NCBI GenBank assembly: GCA_964016885.1
Contig: OZ024747.1
Span: forward strand, 11,222,001 to 11,286,000
DNA: 64,000 nt
Reading direction: 5' to 3'
Source of the DNA: Eledone cirrhosa
Taxonomy: Eukaryota
Numbering within the stretch: position 1 is the first letter of the stretch; each line of letters begins with the position of its first letter. Positions 58,331-64,000 of this stretch are shown here, in pieces. Made by a program: the position numbers and the translations under genes. The notes under the pieces were generated by a model, which was given only the letters and a program-made list of their open reading frames with translations, was not told the DNA's origin and made no database searches.

Positions 58331-60448
58331 ATAAATCAAGGAAAAAATAAAAAGTAATGTTATATTAAGGAGAGAGGGAGGGATATGTTTTAAGGAAAAC
58401 AAACATCAACAACAGCCTCAGTAACAATAACTTCAGTAACAACAACAACCTCAGTAACAACAACAAAGGATATGTACATCAATGTCATTCCACTACAAAC
58501 ACTACCATCACCAATATGGCTGACCAACAGTTTATATATCCAGCCATGGGCCCTGAGCTCTTGATAGAGTCATTACAGCTTAGACATTTATATGTGGCAG
58601 AGCTTATCCCTCTCTAGATTGGAACACAACTGATTCTTTGAGAGGGGGAAGAAATATAGAAGAATCGACCCCAGTATTAAACTGGTACTTTATTTAGCTG
58701 AGATACAACACAGGGGCTCTGATAAAAACTAAAACCCAACCATACCACTGATACACTGGTAAATACTGGGACCTAACCATCTTGTAGGTGTGATAGAACA
58801 CAGTTATAATGGTAAATACCCAAGTTAAATGAGTATTGAGGCTCTCATTGCAGATAGTATCTATTGCTCAAGTCCTCTTCTGCTGGGGGAAATATATATA
58901 TATATGTGTCATTAGTATTGTACCCAACATACACACACACACACGAGTCAACATACGTAATATTTTGTGTGTGTACACATATGCATACATAGAAACATAC
59001 ATGCATACATTTCGATTTGTATGTAGAGAACACAGCTCATTAATTCATACTCTACAAATGGCCATGATATCTGGAATCTTTAAAATCTGTAAATCATTCT
59101 TGATTCAAAGGATGAACACTTCCGCAAGGGACAATAAAAGTTTTGTTTTCTTTACAACCTTGCCACCAGGAAGGTGGCCAGTCTAAAATAAACTAAAAAG
59201 AGAAAGACAAAACATACATACACACACACAGATATACATTACACACACAGAGATACATACATACACACATGCATACATACACATATACATCTACCTTTGA
59301 CCAGTGAATGTATGCAAGATGTAAAATAAACATACATACATGCACATGAATATATACTCACTTGTGTCGATAAAGATAGAACATGTGAAATGAAATATGA
59401 CACCATAGTGATAAGTGTCAAGGTGGACTTAGCCAGGCATACAACAAAATAAGACAAACACACAAAGAGGAGAATAAATATTTGTTCAGGAAAAAAAAAA
59501 TAATCAAATTAAAAACATATAAATAAATAAATGTATGTTTGGGGAGGGAGGGGGGAGTGACAATAGGTGTGTGTGGGGATGGCATTGAGGGGGGGGGGGC
59601 ATTAGTGGTTATGTTTGTGAGGGAAGGGGATATTAGTGTTATGTTTGTGGTGGGGGCAAGGTGTTATGTTTGTAAGGGAAGAGGAGATTGGGGTTATATT
59701 TGTGGTACGTTTGTGGTGGGGGCAAGGTGTTATGTTTGTGTGGAAGTGTGTATGGATGGTTATGCTTGTGTGTGTGTGTGTGTATGGTGTAAAATTGAAT
59801 GTATGTGTGTGGGTGGTTGTGTGTGTGTGAGAATGTGTATATGTATGTGAAAATGTATATATGTATAAGGGTGTGAGAGAGAGAGATAACAAGATGCGTA
59901 TGTGGGTGTGAAATAGAATCAATTGTATACATCTCATTGAGTGTGTGTCTGTCTCAATCAGTGTATGTGTGAATGTGTGTGTGTGTGCTCGCAGTAGTCA
60001 ACAGTATACCACAGGTACACATTACACCATTCTCCACAGAAACAATTTATGAAAATGCACTACATACCATATATATATGGTATATATATATATATATATA
60101 TACATACATATACACATATATATGGTATATATATATATATATATATATACATACATATACACATATATATGGTATATATATATACATATACACATATATA
60201 TATGGTATATATATATATATATACATACATATACACATATATATGGTATATATATATATACATATACATATTTATTTATACACACACACATATATATATA
60301 CATACGTGATATATATGAATATATATATATGCATTTATATACACACACATATACATATATATTTATATATATATATATATATTTATACATATATATATAT
60401 ATATATTTATACATATATATATATTTATACATATATATATATATATTT

Positions 60449-60493
<45 letters not shown>

Positions 60494-60873
60494 CATATAT
60501 GTGTACACATTCACACACAAATATATATGTATATCAAAACTAAGAGATCAAAATTTCAATTCAATATATTTTATTTCTAATCACACGTACTACATGTTTC
60601 CTAAACAAACGGTTCTGAGCCACAAGTAATTATGCCCAGAGTTCTTTATTTGCCAAACAGGTATTACACGTGATTACAAATAAAATGTCTTAAATTGAAA
60701 CTTTAATCCCTCGTTCTTAATATAAAGACTCTGCAACTTCTGCCAATAACAAACAGTTGGCGGTATTAATCTCCACTTTTAATACCAAATATCCAATTCA
60801 TGTAAAAGTATTGTGTTGAAATTTGAATTATTATTACTCATCAACAGACACTATACATGTGTGTGTATGTATG

Positions 60874-60918
<45 letters not shown>

Positions 60919-61572
60919 TCACATATATATACATAGACATATATATATATATATATATACACACTCACATATATATACATAGACATATATATATATATGT
61001 ACACACATATATATATGCATATATACATACATATTTATATATACCCATCTATACATATATATATATATATGCATACATGTGTATAAATATATACATATAT
61101 GCATATATACATACATATACAGGCATACATACTTATATATAAATATATATATATGCATATATACAAATATACATACATAAACACACACACATATATATAT
61201 TCAAATATATATATGTACACATTCATAAACATTTATACATATTTTTATGCACACCTAAACATAAACATATATATATTTATACATATATGCATAAATATAT
61301 ATATTTATATATATATACAAATACATATGTACATCATCATCATACATACACACATACATACATATATCTATATATATATATATACATATACATAAATGTA
61401 TGTATGTATATATATGTATGTATGTATATATATATATCATCATTTAACGTCCATCTTCCACACTAAACGACGACGATGATATATATATATATACATATAT
61501 ATATATACACATGTATATATATATACATATATATATATATACACATATATATATATACATATATATATACAC

Positions 61573-61603
<31 letters not shown>

Positions 61604-61634
61604 CACACATATATATACACACATATATATATAT

Positions 61635-61699
<65 letters not shown>

Positions 61700-62014
61700 C
61701 ATACACACACACACATATACATATATATATATATATGTATCACACATATATACATTTATGCTAAAACTTAGCAATATATTTGAAAATTTAAAAGTAAACT
61801 TTATATAGATATAACTAATGTTTTTCAATTAGAAGCCTTCACTGTGAAAAGAATGAAATATGAAGCAAAACACTTTCAACTATTCCTCCATATACAGAAA
61901 ATCAAAAGAGATTACCTTTATGCATTTCAGATATTTTTGATTTCTCATCAGACAGTAACTAGCTTTTGAGAAAAAGGTTCTATATATGTATGGAGGAATA
62001 TTACATATCTTTGA

Positions 62015-62016
<2 letters not shown>

Positions 62017-62045
<29 letters not shown>

Positions 62046-62557
62046 TGTATGTATGTATGTATGTATGTATGTATGTATGTATGTATGTATGTATGTATGT
62101 ATGTATGTATGTATGTATGTATGTATGTATGTATGTATGTATGTATGTATGTATGTATGTATGTATGTATGTATGTATGTATGTATGTATGTATGTATGT
62201 ATGTATGTATGTATGTATGTATGTATGTATGTATGTATGTATGTATGTATGTATGTATGTATGTATGTATGTATGTATGTATGTATGTATGTATGTATGT
62301 ATGTATGTATGTATGTATGTATGTATGTATGTATGTATGTATGTATGTATGTATGTATGTATGTATGTATGTATGTATGTATGTATGTATGTATGTATGT
62401 ATGTATGTATGTATGTATGTATGTATGTATGTATGTATGTATGTATGTATGTATGTATGTATGTATGTATGTATGTATGTATGTATGTATGTATGTATGT
62501 ATGTATGTATGTATGTATGTATGTATGTATGTATGTATGTATGTATGTATGTATGTA

Positions 62558-62603
<46 letters not shown>
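62017..62603. repeat. Pure (ATGT)n of ~545 bp followed by (GT)n
   Basis: Direct inspection. Confidence 0.97.
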
Positions 62604-62610
<7 letters not shown>

Positions 62611-62687
62611 TTGCATCTCAATAAATCGAAACAATTGTAGAAATGAATAAATTTATAAATTCATTGGTTATTGACCTGAATTGAATT

Positions 62688-62734
<47 letters not shown>

Positions 62735-63249
62735 AATATATAGATATACATATGGAAGTATGTATGTGTGTGTAAATAAATGTATGTGGATGCCTGTATG
62801 GTTAAGGCATTCACTTTCCAACATTGTTTCAAATTCAGTCCCAGTGTAGCACCTTTGACCAATGGCTTGTGGGTCAGTCCCACTGTAACACTTTTGGCCT
62901 GTGTCTTCCACTATAGCCTCGAGTTGATCAATGTCTTGTGAGTCAGTCCCACTGAGTGCCACCTTTGGCCAGTGTCTTCCACTACAGCTGTGGGTTGACC
63001 AATACCTTTCTGACTGAGATTTGGTTGACAAAAACTGCACAGAAGCCTCATATGTGTCATACAGGAGATATATATGTACAAAATAGCTGAACTGGTCAGT
63101 CTGATGTCACTGACTATTTCACCTATACTCTGCATGACATACATAGTGTGGTTATAGTAATATTCCTCTATAAATACATATAGATGGCTGTGTATATAGA
63201 TATATAGATACAGACATACATGTATGTATACATATATATCTATATTAAC

Positions 63250-63311
63250 TATCTGATGAGGTCACACCTATTGTAGATGCATAATACTCTGTTACTGAAA
63301 TGCGCATAATA
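63250..63311 (+). ncRNA. Decayed hammerhead-like motif
   Basis: TAT-CTGATGA-GGTCAC...GTTACT-GAAA-TGCGCA-TA-ATA, with mismatches in stems II/III. Confidence 0.45.
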
Positions 63312-63347
63312 AAATAATTATTTAATTACACAAGTCTTAATGTTTAG

Positions 63348-63386
<39 letters not shown>

Positions 63387-63678
63387 CATCATCACTAAAC
63401 ATCCGCTTACCCTGCTAGCAAGGGTTGGATATATATATATATGTACATATATATATGCATATATATGTACATATATATGTACATATATATATGCATATAT
63501 ATATATATATATGCATATATATATATACATATATGCATATATATATATATACACATATATACAGACATATATATATCCATATATACATGTATATAGACAT
63601 ATATATATGCAGACATATATATATCCATATATACATGTATATAGACATATATATATGCATATATACATGTATATAGAC

Positions 63679-63709
<31 letters not shown>

Positions 63710-63952
63710 CATACATACATATATATACGTATACATATGTATATAGACATATATATATATATACATATATGTATATAGACATATATGTATATAGACATAT
63801 ATATATATATACATATATATATGTATATAGACATATATATATACATATATGTATATAGACATATACATATATGTATATAGACATTTATGTATATAGACAT
63901 ATACATATATGTATATAGACATTTATGTATATAGACATTTATATATATAGAC

Positions 63953-63987
<35 letters not shown>

Positions 63988-64000
63988 CATATATATATAC

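Overview
Repeat-dense animal genomic DNA. The microsatellite load and SINE/LINE families suggest an octopus (inference). Almost all ORFs in the supplied track are microsatellite or minisatellite artefacts. One multi-exon protein-coding gene can be assembled by hand on the minus strand. It has six coding exons (ATG 48117 to stop 39866), all GT-AG and phase-compatible, giving about 938 aa. The protein has an N-terminal THAP zinc finger, a central BTB/POZ domain and a long repeat-rich acidic tail with no C2H2 fingers. An in-frame stop overlapping AATAAA just past coding exon 4 suggests a THAP-only short isoform. The rest of the window holds decayed CR1, RTE and Tx1-like LINE pieces, tRNA-derived SINEs, two hAT-type MITEs with 8-bp TSDs, several minimal hammerhead-ribozyme motifs of the Penelope-associated type, two long inverted repeats, an interstitial telomere-like tract and many minisatellites. 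There is also a weak candidate for a second spliced minus-strand transcript.
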